Source: Kiritimatiellia bacterium (GTDB lineage: Bacteria; Verrucomicrobiota; Kiritimatiellia; RFP12; JBMNHG01). From it: a DNA stretch of 64,000 nt. Shown in pieces: positions 1 through 11,773 of this stretch. Both the position numbers and the translations under genes were made by a program. Below the pieces are notes generated by a model, which was given only the letters and a program-made list of their open reading frames with translations, ran no database searches and had not been told where the DNA came from. Position 1 is the first letter of the stretch. Each line of letters begins with the position of its first letter. The DNA lies in contig JBMNHG010000008.1 of assembly GCA_050950285.1 (NCBI GenBank), positions 1-64,000 of the forward strand, given 5' to 3'.

Positions 1-1826
1 TGCTCCATCTCGGAGGGCGCGGCGCGGCAGGGGCGGTTGGAGAAGTCGTACCGGACGCCGACCGACGTCCCGCCGCCCGTCCATTCGACGGCCTGGCAGC
101 GCGCGCCGTTGATTTCCGCCGCCGCCCCGGCGCCGTCCACGAGGACGCCCGGCGCCCAGGCCAGCAGGTACAGCGGCTGTGGGCAGGTCGAATTCGTCGA
201 GGTGGCGCGGAGCGCGAGGGTCAGTTGCAGCGCGTTCGTCGACACGGGGAGCCAGAGGCTGTCGTCGGGCGGCGAGGCGGTCGCGGTGCCGCTTCCGCCT
301 TCGGAGTCGGCCCACTCGAGCGCCATGCCGTCGAGCGACCAGCCTGCGGGCGCATTCGAGGAGGCGGAGAGGAAGTACTGCTGCCAGCCGCCTTTGCGGT
401 CGATCGTGAAGGTGCGCTCGTACACCCGGTTCGTGCCGCCGGCGGGGAGGTCGCACCGGAAGGCGTCGAAGAGCTTGAGGGAGGCGAGGTTCCAGGCGAG
501 GTTCGTCGGAGCGGAAGCCTCCGCGAAGGGGTCCATGCCCGCGGCGATCTTCGTCGAGAGCGGGAAGCCGGTGTCGTAGGGATCGTAGGCGAGGCTGTCC
601 ACCGCGTTGGTGCCGCCGAACTTCGCCGTTTCGTAGGCGTCGGGGATGCCGTCGCCGTCGAGGTCGTCGGGCGGCGTCGGGGACAGCGGGTCGGGGTCGG
701 AGCCGTCGACGAGCCCGTCGCCGTCGGTGTCGCGGAGCAGCGGACTCGTTCCGGCGGCGGTTTCGGCGCCGTCCAAAACGCCGTCGAGGTCGGTGTCGGG
801 CAGGCGGGGGTCGGTGCCGTGGACCATCACCTCGTCGCAGGTGGAGAGTCCGTCGCCGTCGTGGTCGGCGATGTCCGGGTCGAGCATGCCGAAGGCGCGC
901 CAGTGGAGTTCGAGGCCGTGGACGAGGACGCCCGTGCCGCCGAAGGCGAAGGTCTCGCCGCCGCCGCCGTGCTGGGCGCCGACGACCCAGTTGGTGGCCG
1001 GCGGCGCGTTGGTGGCGGACAGCCGGGACAGGTCGTAGCGGTAGACGAAGTCGCCGGAGGGGAAGAGTTCGGCCTGGAAGGTGACGGGGAGGCCGGCGTC
1101 GCGGCCGGCGAAGACGTCCTGCCAGGCGAGCAGCAGGCTGTTGGAGGCGGTCGGGGCGTGCCAGAAGCGTCCGGCCGGCGGGACGATGCCGAGGGAGGTC
1201 TGCAGGGGGGCGAGGAAGTCGAGGCCCGAGCCGTCGGGCATCCGGCGGGCGCGGGGCGAGCCCTTGGGCCAACCGAAGGAGAGCGTTCCGCTGCTGGAGA
1301 CGTGCAGGCCCCCCGACGCGGTTGGTGCCGAGGGTGAAGGACCAGTTGGTGGCGGGGAGCCAGAAGGTGTCCTCGGCCACCCCGTAGCGGGCCCAGGGGG
1401 CGTGGACGACGGCGTTCGACGGGACGGAGGCCAGGGGCGGGAGACGGGTTGGTGGCGACGCGCGCGAGCGCGACGCCGGCCCGGTACTGGCCGGCGGTCA
1501 GGCGGGGGCCGGGGGAGGGGCCGCGCGCGGGCCGCGCCGGGAGGCCGCCGGAGACCATGCCCGCCGGGGGAGGGCCGTGAAGACGGGGCGTTGCCGCCGG
1601 GCGGCACCTTCGGGACGCCGTGCAGGGTGGCGACCACCAGGAGGGCGGAGAGCACCGCCCTGACGGAGGGCGCAAGCGAGCGGAACCGGTCGCCGAGAGC
1701 GCGGAAGAGGCGGCGCAGGCCGGGCGACGTCCCGGCCCAGGCGCCGAGGCAGAAGAGCAGCGGCACGCCGGCCAGCAGGCAGGCGCCCGCGAACATCCAA
1801 TGGCGTATCGACTGCAGGAGTCCCAT
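1..1826 (-). CDS. Large secreted/membrane-anchored protein with DxDxDG (thrombospondin type-3-like Ca-binding) repeats; runs off window edge; internal compensating frameshifts
   Basis: Read manually from ATG 1826: MGLLQSIRHWMFAGACLLAGVPLLFCLG (hydrophobic N-terminus). Downstream repeats DHDGDGLST, DTDLDGVLDG, DTDGDGLVDG, DLDGDGIPD. Absent from the ORF track because there is no stop inside the window. Confidence 0.7.
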   Translation of the reverse strand, partial: MGLLQSIRHWMFAGACLLAGVPLLFCLGAWAGTSPGLRRLFRALGDRFRSLAPSVRAVLSALLVVATLHGVPKVPPGGNAPSSRPSPGGHGLRRPPGAARARPLPRPPPDRRPVPGRRRARARRHQPVSRPWPPSRRTPSSTPPGPATGWPRTPSGSPPPTGPSPSAPTASGGLHVSSSGTLSFGWPKGSPRARRMPDGSGLDFLAPLQTSLGIVPPAGRFWHAPTASNSLLLAWQDVFAGRDAGLPVTFQAELFPSGDFVYRYDLSRLSATNAPPATNWVVGAQHGGGGETFAFGGTGVLVHGLELHWRAFGMLDPDIADHDGDGLSTCDEVMVHGTDPRLPDTDLDGVLDGAETAAGTSPLLRDTDGDGLVDGSDPDPLSPTPPDDLDGDGIPDAYETAKFGGTNAVDSLAYDPYDTGFPLSTKIAAGMDPFAEASAPTNLAWNLASLKLFDAFRCDLPAGGTNRVYERTFTIDRKGGWQQYFLSASSNAPAGWSLDGMALEWADSEGGSGTATASPPDDSLWLPVSTNALQLTLALRATSTNSTCPQPLYLLAWAPGVLVDGAGAAAEINGARCQAVEWTGGGTSVGVRYDFSNRPCRAAPSEME

Positions 1827-2063
1827 GGCGCTACCTCGGAAGGATCACGGCGCCGCGACAAGACAGGCGGCGACGGCCCGGAGAAAAACGGCGCGCCGCC
1901 GGAACCGCGGCCCAAGGGAGGACATGCAACTTGTATCCATGGTGGGGAGCGTAGCACGGGGCAACGGCGGCGGCAACCCTTATTCATGGGGGACGATCCC
2001 ATTGTTTCAGCCCGAACCGGGCGGCAGCAGTTCCGGCCGGTTGCGCCTGCGGGGAACTTGCGG

Positions 2064-2092
2064 TTGATTTCGGAGGGGTTAGGGTGTATCAT
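2064..2092 (+). promoter_or_regulatory. sigma70-type promoter of fucI
   Basis: TTGATT-N17-TATCAT, 49 nt upstream of ATG 2142. Confidence 0.55.
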
Positions 2093-2141
2093 ACCAGTTG
2101 TTATCAGTTTTTACTACCCAAAGAACCCGAAGGAACCCCCC

Positions 2142-4031
2142 ATGAAAGCTGAAGCTCGCCCCGATTTCGCGAAGCTCGCGTCCACCTCGCGATCCTTCCA
2201 AGATGCCGACCAACGGTTGATCGGCGCCCTCCCCGCCATCGCCATCACGCCTGTCGCCGACGGCCGTCCCTACGCCCACGACAGCAACGTGGAGAAGACC
2301 TGGCGCATGGCCGAGAAGGTCTACGACATCATCAAGGCCCACGTCTGCTATCCCGACGGCACGCCCGTGCGCGTGGTGGTCGCCCCCGAGATCGTCTACG
2401 GGCCGCGTTCCGGCGCCCGCGCCCAGGCCTACTATTCCACGCAGGCCGTCTGCGCGAACATCTGGGTCGCCCGCTCCTGGTGCTACTCCGACGAACTCAT
2501 GAGCGCCTGCCAGGGCCTCGGCTCCTCCGAATGGCAGCAGTGCGCCTATGGGCTCAACCAGACCGACCGTCCCGGCGCCGTGTGGCTGAAGAGCTTCACC
2601 GCCGCGATGGACGAGAAGAACCGCCCGGTCTTCTGCATCTACAATCCCGACCTCGAAGACGAAGACGGCCCGCTGTGCGACTACGTCGCCACGCGCATCC
2701 TGCGCTTCGCCCGCTGCGCCACCGCCGTCGGCTACATGCGCGGCAAGAACTTCCTGGGCGTGGGCGGCGTCTCCATGGGCATCGTCGGCTCCGACCTCCG
2801 CCGCAACATCATGCTCCAGACCTTCGGCATGGGCTCCGCCTCGTTCGACATGTCCGGCCTCAATACCCGCATCAACGAGAAGTTCTACGACAAGGCCGAG
2901 CTCGACCGCGCCTGCGAATGGTTCACGAAGACCTTCAAGATCGCCTACGGACACAAGGGGAACGACGCCCTCGGCCTCTCCCGCCCGCGTTCCAAGGACG
3001 ACCTCGTCCGCCGGTGCCTGCTCCAGACGATCCTCGTGCGCGACCTCATGCAGGGCAACGCCAAGCTCGCCAGGCGCTGCCCCTCCTGGCTCAAGGGGAA
3101 GGGCTACCAGCACGTCGAATGGGCCCAGGGCTACAACGCCCTCGGCGCCGGCACCCAAGGCCAGCGCCAGTGGACCGACGGCCACCCCAACTTCGACGTC
3201 ACCGAGTCCCTCCTCAACTCGATGGTCGACTGGAACGGCTTCCGGACGCCCTACATCGTGGCCACCGAGAACGACGGCAAGAACGGCATCGGCATGATCG
3301 TCGGCCACCTGCTCTCCGGCGGCATGAGCCAGATGTTCGCGGACATCCGCACCAACTGGACCCCCGCCTCCATCAAGAAGGCCACCGGGACCGACGTCTC
3401 GAAGATCTGCCCTCGCGGCATCATCGACAAGCGCAACTCCGGCGCCGCCGCCCTCGAATACGCCGTGGACCTCTACAAGATCTGCGGCTGCCCGAAGACC
3501 ACCCCCATCCAGGACGTCGTCGCCAAGCTCCGCGCGAACGAAAAGCTCCAGGCCAAACTCGCCAAGGAAATCGGCGCGGCCGTGACCTACATGGGCGCCG
3601 ACCTCTGCTACTTCCCGGGCGACGGTCTCTCCAGCCACTTCCGCAGCCCGGGCGGCCTGCCCCTGACCTCGTACCGCTACAACGTGGTGGACGAAAAGGT
3701 CACCTGCTCCGTGGTCGAGGGCGATTCGGTGGACCTGCCGAAGGATGTCGGCGACAAGATCGGCGCGCGCACCGATCCGACCTGGCCCGAGACTCACTGG
3801 ATGCCGCGCGGCATGACCTCGTTCGAGTACATGAGCCGCATCGGCCCCAACCACGACGGCTCGTCGCTCGGCCTCATCGGCGCGGACTTCATCACCTTCA
3901 ACGCGATGCTCCGCATCCCCGTGGACATGCACAACGTCGCGAAGGAGGACATTTTCCGTCCGACGATGTGGGATCGCTTCGGCGGCGACGACTTCCGCGT
4001 CTGCCAGAAGCTCGGCCCCGTGTACCGCTGA
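2142..4031 (+). CDS. fucI: L-fucose (D-arabinose) isomerase
   Basis: Motifs QGQRQWTD, LNSMVDWNG, ATEND, FADIRT, DPTWPETHW and PNH match FucI, including the metal-ligand Glu/Asp/His. ATG 2142 follows AAGGA. Confidence 0.88.
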   Translation: MKAEARPDFAKLASTSRSFQDADQRLIGALPAIAITPVADGRPYAHDSNVEKTWRMAEKVYDIIKAHVCYPDGTPVRVVVAPEIVYGPRSGARAQAYYSTQAVCANIWVARSWCYSDELMSACQGLGSSEWQQCAYGLNQTDRPGAVWLKSFTAAMDEKNRPVFCIYNPDLEDEDGPLCDYVATRILRFARCATAVGYMRGKNFLGVGGVSMGIVGSDLRRNIMLQTFGMGSASFDMSGLNTRINEKFYDKAELDRACEWFTKTFKIAYGHKGNDALGLSRPRSKDDLVRRCLLQTILVRDLMQGNAKLARRCPSWLKGKGYQHVEWAQGYNALGAGTQGQRQWTDGHPNFDVTESLLNSMVDWNGFRTPYIVATENDGKNGIGMIVGHLLSGGMSQMFADIRTNWTPASIKKATGTDVSKICPRGIIDKRNSGAAALEYAVDLYKICGCPKTTPIQDVVAKLRANEKLQAKLAKEIGAAVTYMGADLCYFPGDGLSSHFRSPGGLPLTSYRYNVVDEKVTCSVVEGDSVDLPKDVGDKIGARTDPTWPETHWMPRGMTSFEYMSRIGPNHDGSSLGLIGADFITFNAMLRIPVDMHNVAKEDIFRPTMWDRFGGDDFRVCQKLGPVYR

Positions 4032-4046
4032 TCCCGGCGAGCCGCT

Positions 4047-4094
4047 AAAAAAACGGCGTGCCGCGATTTTTGCGGCGCGCCGTTTTTTTTTTTT
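4047..4094. terminator. Bidirectional intrinsic terminator between convergent fucI and mutL
   Basis: A7-CGGCGTGCCGCG-loop-GCGGCGCGCCG-T-run. Confidence 0.8.
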
Positions 4095-5900
4095 ATTCCC
4101 GTCCGAACTTCCGGAGGAGCTCGCGGGTGGAGGGTGAAGATCATCGTGGGGCGACCGCGCGGGCAGGTGTAGGGCATGCGCGTGCGGGCGAGGGCGGCGA
4201 TGAGGCTGTCGAGTTCGGCGGGGGCGAGTTCGGCGCGGCCGCGCAGCGCGGCGCGGGCCGCGGCGCGGGCCGCGGACTCCCGGTGCCGGTGTTCCTTGCC
4301 GCGCCGGGCGCCGGAGGCCTCGAGGTCGCCGGCGATGTCCGCCAGCAATTCGCGGCAGGCGTTTCCGGGGACGTCCGGGGGGAGTCCTTCGACGATGAAC
4401 GAATCGCGGCCGAACTCGTCCAGCTCGAATCCGAGCGACCGGAGGTCGTCCAGCGAATCGGCGATGCGGCGGGCGTCTTCGGGCGGCAGGCGCACGGTCA
4501 CCGGGATCAGCAGGCGTTGCGACGGGGTGGATTTGCCCTTCGCGGCGTGGAGGAGGCGTTCGTAGAGCACGCGTTCGTGTGCGGCGCGGGGGTCGAGGGT
4601 CACGAACCCTCCGTCCGTTTCCAGCAGCACGAACGGTCCGGCGATCTGCCCGAGGATGCGGAACCATTTCCAGGGGGAGGATGGGGTGCCTGCGACGACG
4701 TGCGCGTCCGCCGGGACGGCGATGGTTTCGGGGGGTGGCGCCGTCCGGGCGGGGCGGGGCGAAGTTTCCGGTCGCCGGCGGGGGCGGTTTCGGCTCCGCC
4801 GGAGGGAAGGGGAGGTTGCGCGGGAGGGGGGTGGACGGGGCGGCGGGCGGCGGCGGGGGGGGGGTGGGGCCGGCGGCGGCGGCGGATTCCGGCGCGTGGG
4901 GGCGGGCCGTCGTGCCGAGGGCCTCGGCGATGGCGGCGGTCACGGCGTCGCGCACGTCGCCGGGGCGGCGGAAGCGGACCTCGCGCTTGGTGGGGTGGAC
5001 GTTCACGTCCACGGCGGCGGGGTCGAGTTCGAGGAAGAGGAGGACCACGGGGCGGCGGCCGGCCGGCGAGGGCGGATAGGACTCGCGGAGGGCGTGCGCG
5101 AGGACGGGGGAGGAGATGGCGCGCCCGTTCACGAAGAAGTACTGCTCGCCGTTTCCGGAGCGGGCGGTGGAGGGGATTCCGACGAAGCCTTCGATGCGCA
5201 CGCCCAGGCGCACGGCGGAGGGGACGGGGCGGCAGGCGTCGATCCACTCCTGCCCGAAGAGGTCCCGCACGCGCTCCTCGCGGGAGGAGGCGGGGGGGAG
5301 GTTGTGGATCTCGCGGCCGTCCGCGCGCAGCACCATGCCCACGTCGGGCCGGGCGAGGGCGGCGAGGAGGAAGGCGGTGCGGAGGTTCGCCTGTTCGGTC
5401 TGGTAGGTACGGAGGAACTTGCGTCGGGCGGGCACGTTGAAGAAGAGGTCGCGCACGGCGATGGTGGTTCCGGGCGGGGCGCCGATGTCGCGCACGTCCT
5501 GGAGCGTTCCCCCGACCACCAGGAGTTCCGTGCCGGCGGGGTCGCCGCGGCGGCACGTGCGCAGGGAGAAGCGCGATACCGACGCGATGGACGGGAGGGC
5601 CTCTCCGCGGAAGCCGTAGGTGGCGATGCGTCCGATGTCGTCCACGTCGCGGATTTTGCTGGTGGCCTGGCGTTCGATGCACATGAGGGCATCGTCGCGG
5701 CCCATGCCGCTTCCGTCGTCCTCCAGCTCGACGAGCTTGCGCCCTCCGGCGGAGACGGTGAGCACGAGGCGCGTGGCTCCGGCGTCGAGCGCGTTTTCCA
5801 TCAGCTCCTTCGCCACCGACGCGGGGCGTTCCACCACCTCGCCCGCCGCGATCTTGTTCGCGACGTGCGTGGGAAGGAGGCGGATCGGTCCGGAGGTCAT
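4093..5900 (-). pseudogene. mutL: DNA mismatch repair protein MutL with two +1 frameshifts (real or assembly error)
   Basis: N-terminal KIAAGEVVERPASVAKELMENALDAGA, GFRGEALPSI, VDVNVHPTKREVRF. C-terminal DPRAAHERVLYE and CPRGRP lie in another frame. Extra C at ~4730-4735 and ~4132-4134; the corrected end is RELLRKFGRE-TAA at 4093. Confidence 0.9.
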
Positions 5901-5940
5901 GCGATGTCGGCGGCGCCGGGGCCCAGGCGGGCGGGAGGGG

Positions 5941-7845
5941 CTATCCCTTCACGGCGCCTTCGGTGAGGCCTCGGACGAAGAGTTTCATGGTGAAGACGAA
6001 GAGGATGATGGTCGGGATGGAGGCGAGGGCGTAGCCGGCCATGAGCGGCCCCCACTGCTTGATGTAGTCGCCCGCCATGCGGAGCAGCTGCACCATCACC
6101 GGCAGGCGGATGCGGTCGCGCATCACGAGCAGGGGGAGGACGAAGTCGTTCCACGAGGCGATGAACTGCTGCACGCCCACGGTGCCGAGGATCGGTCCGG
6201 AGAGGGGGAGCACCACGTTCTTCAGCTGCTGGAAGTGGCTTGCGCCGTCGATTTCGGCCGCTTCGTAGAGGTCGAGGGGGATGTCCCCCACGAAGGTCCG
6301 GAACATGAAGATCGCGGTGATCTGCCCGGATGCGGCGCCCACCAGGATGAGCGCCCAGAGCGAGTTCAGCATGCGCAGGTTGGTGAGCAGGCGGAAGAGC
6401 GGCACCATGTTGGCGATCATGGGCATCATCATCATGATGATCACGGCGTTCCACAAGAAGCCGGAGAGCGGCATCCGCTGTCGCGCGAAGAAATAGGCCG
6501 CCGCGATGGCGATGGAGAGCGTGAGCGCGGTGGTTCCGATGCCGAGGAAGAGGCTGTTCGCCACGGAGGGCGCAACCATCTTCCAGGCGTAGGCCCAGTT
6601 CTCCGGATGCAGCGGGAGGGTGGGCGTGGCGGGGGCGGAGTAGAACTGCGCGTTGTCCTTGAAGCTCACCACGATCATCAGGTAGAGCGGGAGGAAGGCG
6701 GCGACGAGCACCAGCCAGATGAAGCCGTGCTTGCCGGCGCGCAGTCCGTACTCCTTGATTTTGTCCAGGGTGCGTCCGAGCGGGCTCATGTGCCAATCGT
6801 GCTTTTTGCGCGCCTTCGCCTCGAAGGCGGCCATGACGGCGGGGTCGCAAGGCGCGGGGCGTTCTTCGGTCTTTTCCGCGGCCTTTGGCGTTCGTTCCCC
6901 CACGAGGAGCCAGGTGAGGATCTTCTGCAGGATCACCACGAGGATCGTGAGGACGATGCCGATGGCGCAGGCGTAGCCCATCTGCTGCTCGATGAAGGCC
7001 TTCCTCAGCATGAAGAGCGCGGGCACGTTCGCGCTGCCGCCGGGGCCGCCGTACATGCCGGCCAGCGCGAGCACCATGCCGGCGTCCTTCAGGGTGTCGA
7101 TCACCACGAAGACCAGCAGGAGGTAGACGGAGCCCATGATGAGCGGGAGCTCGATCTTGGTGAAGCGCGTCCACCAGTTCACGCCGTCGATCTCCGCCGC
7201 CTCGTAGACGTCGCGGCTGATGCTCTGCAGCTTCGCGAGGTGGGTGAGCACGGCGAAGGAGCCGACCCAGGGGAAGCCCCAGATCACGCAGGCGGTGAGG
7301 ATCAGGCGGGGGTCGCCCAGCCACGCCGGCGTGGTGCCGGGCACGAAGACGCCGCCCCAGCCGAACCAGGTGTCGAGGCGGCAGAGCAGGTTGAAGATGC
7401 CGGACGCCATCAGGAACTTGTTCAGGAAGCCGGTGGTGGCCTCGAAGAAGAACGAGCGCCAGATCAGCACGACCACCAGCCCCGGGATCACCATCGGGAT
7501 CACGAAGAGCGTACGGTAGAAGAATTGCATCTTCACGCTTCGGCAGCGGTGGATGCATACCGCCACCGCGAGGGCGGGGATCATTTTCACCACGTTCCAG
7601 AAGCCCATGATCACGGCGACTCGGAACGACCTCCAGAAATCGGCCGTGGTGAGGATGTCCTTGTAGTTCTTGAACCCCACGAACTCGGAGATTTCCGCGC
7701 CGTTCCACCGGTAGAAGCTGTGGAAGATGCCGCTGGCCGACGGGTAGTACACGAACAACCCGAGGAGGACCAGCGTGGGGATCACGAAGAGATAGATCTG
7801 CCAGTGGTGGCGCACGGCGCGCCAGCGGATGATTCTTTGGGCCAT
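5941..7845 (-). CDS. Carbohydrate ABC transporter permease, fused MalF+MalG-type (two TM domains)
   Basis: Two EAA loops (VYEAAEIDG, LYEAAEIDG) in one ORF; ends GLTEGAVKG; ATG 7845 follows GGAG. Confidence 0.9.
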   Translation of the reverse strand: MAQRIIRWRAVRHHWQIYLFVIPTLVLLGLFVYYPSASGIFHSFYRWNGAEISEFVGFKNYKDILTTADFWRSFRVAVIMGFWNVVKMIPALAVAVCIHRCRSVKMQFFYRTLFVIPMVIPGLVVVLIWRSFFFEATTGFLNKFLMASGIFNLLCRLDTWFGWGGVFVPGTTPAWLGDPRLILTACVIWGFPWVGSFAVLTHLAKLQSISRDVYEAAEIDGVNWWTRFTKIELPLIMGSVYLLLVFVVIDTLKDAGMVLALAGMYGGPGGSANVPALFMLRKAFIEQQMGYACAIGIVLTILVVILQKILTWLLVGERTPKAAEKTEERPAPCDPAVMAAFEAKARKKHDWHMSPLGRTLDKIKEYGLRAGKHGFIWLVLVAAFLPLYLMIVVSFKDNAQFYSAPATPTLPLHPENWAYAWKMVAPSVANSLFLGIGTTALTLSIAIAAAYFFARQRMPLSGFLWNAVIIMMMMPMIANMVPLFRLLTNLRMLNSLWALILVGAASGQITAIFMFRTFVGDIPLDLYEAAEIDGASHFQQLKNVVLPLSGPILGTVGVQQFIASWNDFVLPLLVMRDRIRLPVMVQLLRMAGDYIKQWGPLMAGYALASIPTIILFVFTMKLFVRGLTEGAVKG

Positions 7846-7846
7846 G

Positions 7847-9691
7847 TCAGTTCTCCCCTCCCAACAAGTCGGCGGCTGAGGCGTAGCGGGAGCGGATGCG
7901 CTCCCGCGCGAGTTCGGAGAAGTCGTAGGGGGCCTTGCTTTTGCCCGTGCGCAGCATGCGGCCGAGCGCGCTCTCGCCCAGCGGGCGCGAGACCAGCGTG
8001 TTGGAGGAATAGGTGCGGTAGGCGTCCCAGGCGTTCGCGGCCCGGGTCTCGGGATCCAGCTCGGCGGCGGGATCTCCGATCCCTTCCCTCGCGTCCTCCA
8101 CATCGCCTGCGTCCACGTCCGCGGCGTCCGGGGCGGCATTCTTGCGCGAAGCGAGCAGCGCCTCGGCGAGATAGCGGGCGGCCATCTGTTCGTCGCCCGG
8201 CTGGGAGCGGCGGCTGTTGCGGCGGATCTCCTCGAGTTCCTCCTCGCCGCGCGCGAGGTAGTAGGGGCCGAACTGGCCCAGCAAATCCTCCTTGGCGATC
8301 TGGCCCACCTTGAAGAGGTCGTAGAGCTGGGTCCACTTCACGAGCGTGTCGCCGCCCAGGTTGAGCGGCATGGAGCCATAGATGCCCTGCAGGTTCGGGA
8401 CGAACTCCTTGAGAAGCCCCTGGGGGTCGGTGTCCTTCACGCTGGAGAGCCAGCCGATGTGGTCGTTGAGCATCGCGTTGTAGGTCTTCGAGCTCAAGAA
8501 GTGCAGGAAGTCGAGCGCGACCTCGGGATGGCGGCACGTGCGGGTGATGCCGAAGGGGAAGCCGGTGGAGGGCATCTGGTAGACGGGGCCCTCGAAGAAC
8601 TCGCCGTATTCGGGGTCGTCGCGCGAGGGGCAGGGGAAGTCGCTCACGGCGAGTTGCACGGGGTTGCCATCCTTGTCCTTGAGGTCGCGAGCCTGCTCGA
8701 CGAGGCCGCCGACGTCCCAGGTGCCGGTGGAGATGAAGACGGCGCGCCCCTGCACGAAGAGGAAGACCGCCTCGTCGCGGCCGAGGCCGGTGAACCCCAC
8801 CTGGAAGTGCTGGACGATTTCGTCGATCAGGTCGAACTTCGCGTGCAAGGGCGGGAAGTCGAAGTCGAGGGCGCCGGTCTTCATGGCCACGAACATCTCG
8901 TCGGCGCCGACGACGCCGTCGCGGTTGAAGTCCGCATGGCGCACCGCCCCGAAGGTGACGGGGTCGCAGAGGTACTGGTCCCACATGCCCCAGTGGTAGT
9001 TCGAGCTGGCGATGGGCGTGTAGGGGCGTCCGTCCTTGTCCTTGTGCCGCTTGATCTCCTCGCAGGCGGCGAGGAAGGCCCGCAGGTCCCTGGGGCACTC
9101 GTCGAGTCCCGTGAGTTCCTTCAGCAGCGACTTGTTGTAGAAGAGGCTCTGTCCGAACTGGGAGATCGGGACGGTCATCTGCGCGTTCATTTCGCCGTAG
9201 TAGCCGGAACGCATGCCGTCGCGGAAGGTGGACGACCACGGCACGCCTTCCAGCTCGGTCCCTTTGTTGTAGGGGTTGGGCTGGTTGGCGTACTGGTTGA
9301 GCGGGAAGAAGTATCGCTTGAGGTAGCCGATCAGGATCGCGTACTGCACCATGCCCACTTCGAGGATGTCCGGCGCGGTGCCGCCCATGAGCTGGGTGGT
9401 GAGCCAGGTGGCGTAGGTGCTTTCGGGGATGGCGTCCTGGACGATGTAGACTCCAGGGTGGAGCTTGCGGTACTCGGCGATCAGCTTGTCGATGCCGTCG
9501 CGCACGCCGCCTTCGAGCTGCCAGTGGCCGATGCGGAGCACCACCTCGGCGTCGGGCGGGGCCTCCTCGAGGCGCGCCCTCGCGATGACCACGATGGAGA
9601 AGACGAAGGCGAGGAGGATGACGAGCGCGGGGATGCGGGTGGCCCACGGGGACTCGCGGTCGGGGTCGGCGTATTTCTTATTCCTGGCCAT
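7847..9691 (-). CDS. Carbohydrate ABC transporter extracellular solute-binding protein
   Basis: N-terminal TM anchor, LRIGHWQLE, LMGGTAPDI, LFYNKSLL, AVFLFVQGRA, ALDFLHFLSS. Confidence 0.85.
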   Translation of the reverse strand: MARNKKYADPDRESPWATRIPALVILLAFVFSIVVIARARLEEAPPDAEVVLRIGHWQLEGGVRDGIDKLIAEYRKLHPGVYIVQDAIPESTYATWLTTQLMGGTAPDILEVGMVQYAILIGYLKRYFFPLNQYANQPNPYNKGTELEGVPWSSTFRDGMRSGYYGEMNAQMTVPISQFGQSLFYNKSLLKELTGLDECPRDLRAFLAACEEIKRHKDKDGRPYTPIASSNYHWGMWDQYLCDPVTFGAVRHADFNRDGVVGADEMFVAMKTGALDFDFPPLHAKFDLIDEIVQHFQVGFTGLGRDEAVFLFVQGRAVFISTGTWDVGGLVEQARDLKDKDGNPVQLAVSDFPCPSRDDPEYGEFFEGPVYQMPSTGFPFGITRTCRHPEVALDFLHFLSSKTYNAMLNDHIGWLSSVKDTDPQGLLKEFVPNLQGIYGSMPLNLGGDTLVKWTQLYDLFKVGQIAKEDLLGQFGPYYLARGEEELEEIRRNSRRSQPGDEQMAARYLAEALLASRKNAAPDAADVDAGDVEDAREGIGDPAAELDPETRAANAWDAYRTYSSNTLVSRPLGESALGRMLRTGKSKAPYDFSELARERIRSRYASAADLLGGEN

Positions 9692-10588
9692 GGCCGTCCT
9701 CCTCGGAAGAGACGGGGGTCTGCTCCTCCGTTTCGATTCCCAGCACCGCTTCCAGCCGCTCCAGCTCCTGCAGGGCGAGGAAGGTGCGCTGGTGGTTGGG
9801 ATATCGGTCGATGAAGGCGCGGTAGTGGGCGACGGCGGCCTCGAGGTCGCCCACGTCGAACTCGGCGATCAGCGCCAGTTTCCAGTGGATGAGGGTGGGG
9901 TCGGCCTCCGGGTCGGCGGGGTTGACGTAGCGGGCCTCCCAGCCCTTCCGCGAATGGTCGTAGAGGGCGTCGAGGTCGTCGAGGAGGTCGTCGCAGTGGA
10001 CGAGCAGCCCGTAGGCGGTCTGCCTCCAGTCGGAGTCGGGGTGCGTGGCGAGGAAGTCCTCGAGTTCGGCGCGGACGGTGCGGGCGATCTCCGGGGTGTC
10101 CTCTTCGAGCTTGATGGCCTCGACGCAGAGGAAGGCCTCCTCGCCGGCGGGGTGGTCGGGATAGCGTTCGACGACGCCCTGATAGGCGGCGAGGCGGTCG
10201 GCGGCGGGCGGATACTCGCCCCTGTCCACTTCCGAGGCAATCCGGGCGCACCACAGGTCGGCCCACGCGGCGAGCTCGCTTCGGGGGTCGATCTCGATGG
10301 CCTTCCGGTAGGCCTCGCGGGCCTTGGCGGGGTTGTTGTCGGGGCGGGTTCGCACGTGCCAGATCAGGCCTTGGGCGAACTTCGCCTCCTGGAGGGTGGC
10401 GTCGTCCCCGGCGAGTTCCTCGGCCCGCAGGAATCCGGCGAGGGCGAGCGAGTATTCGCTGGCTTCGAAATACTCCCATCCCTCCGCGATCGCGGCATCG
10501 GCGGTGTTGGCGGAGCTTTTCGCGCCGGAACAGCCTCCGCAGGCGATGGCGAGCGCCGCAAGGGCGGCGGCAGCGAGATGTTTCACGT

Positions 10589-10592
<4 letters not shown>
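9678..10592 (-). CDS. TPR-repeat lipoprotein (BamD/YfiO-like fold)
   Basis: Lipobox LAIA-C; helical repeats AREAYRKAIEIDP, YQGVVERYPDHP, YRAFIDRYPNH; overlaps both neighbours. Confidence 0.7.
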
Positions 10593-11680
<1,088 letters not shown>

Positions 11681-11773
11681 GGCACGGTATCCTTATCCAA
11701 GATAGTCCCGCAGCGCCTCCCCGCCATCGTCGCGGCGTGGGATTTCCGCGGAAACGCATTCACATGAGATGTT

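Noticed and set aside
2079..5900. 1273-aa MutL fusion ORF in the track
   Set aside because: Read-through after a frameshift into the antisense strand of fucI
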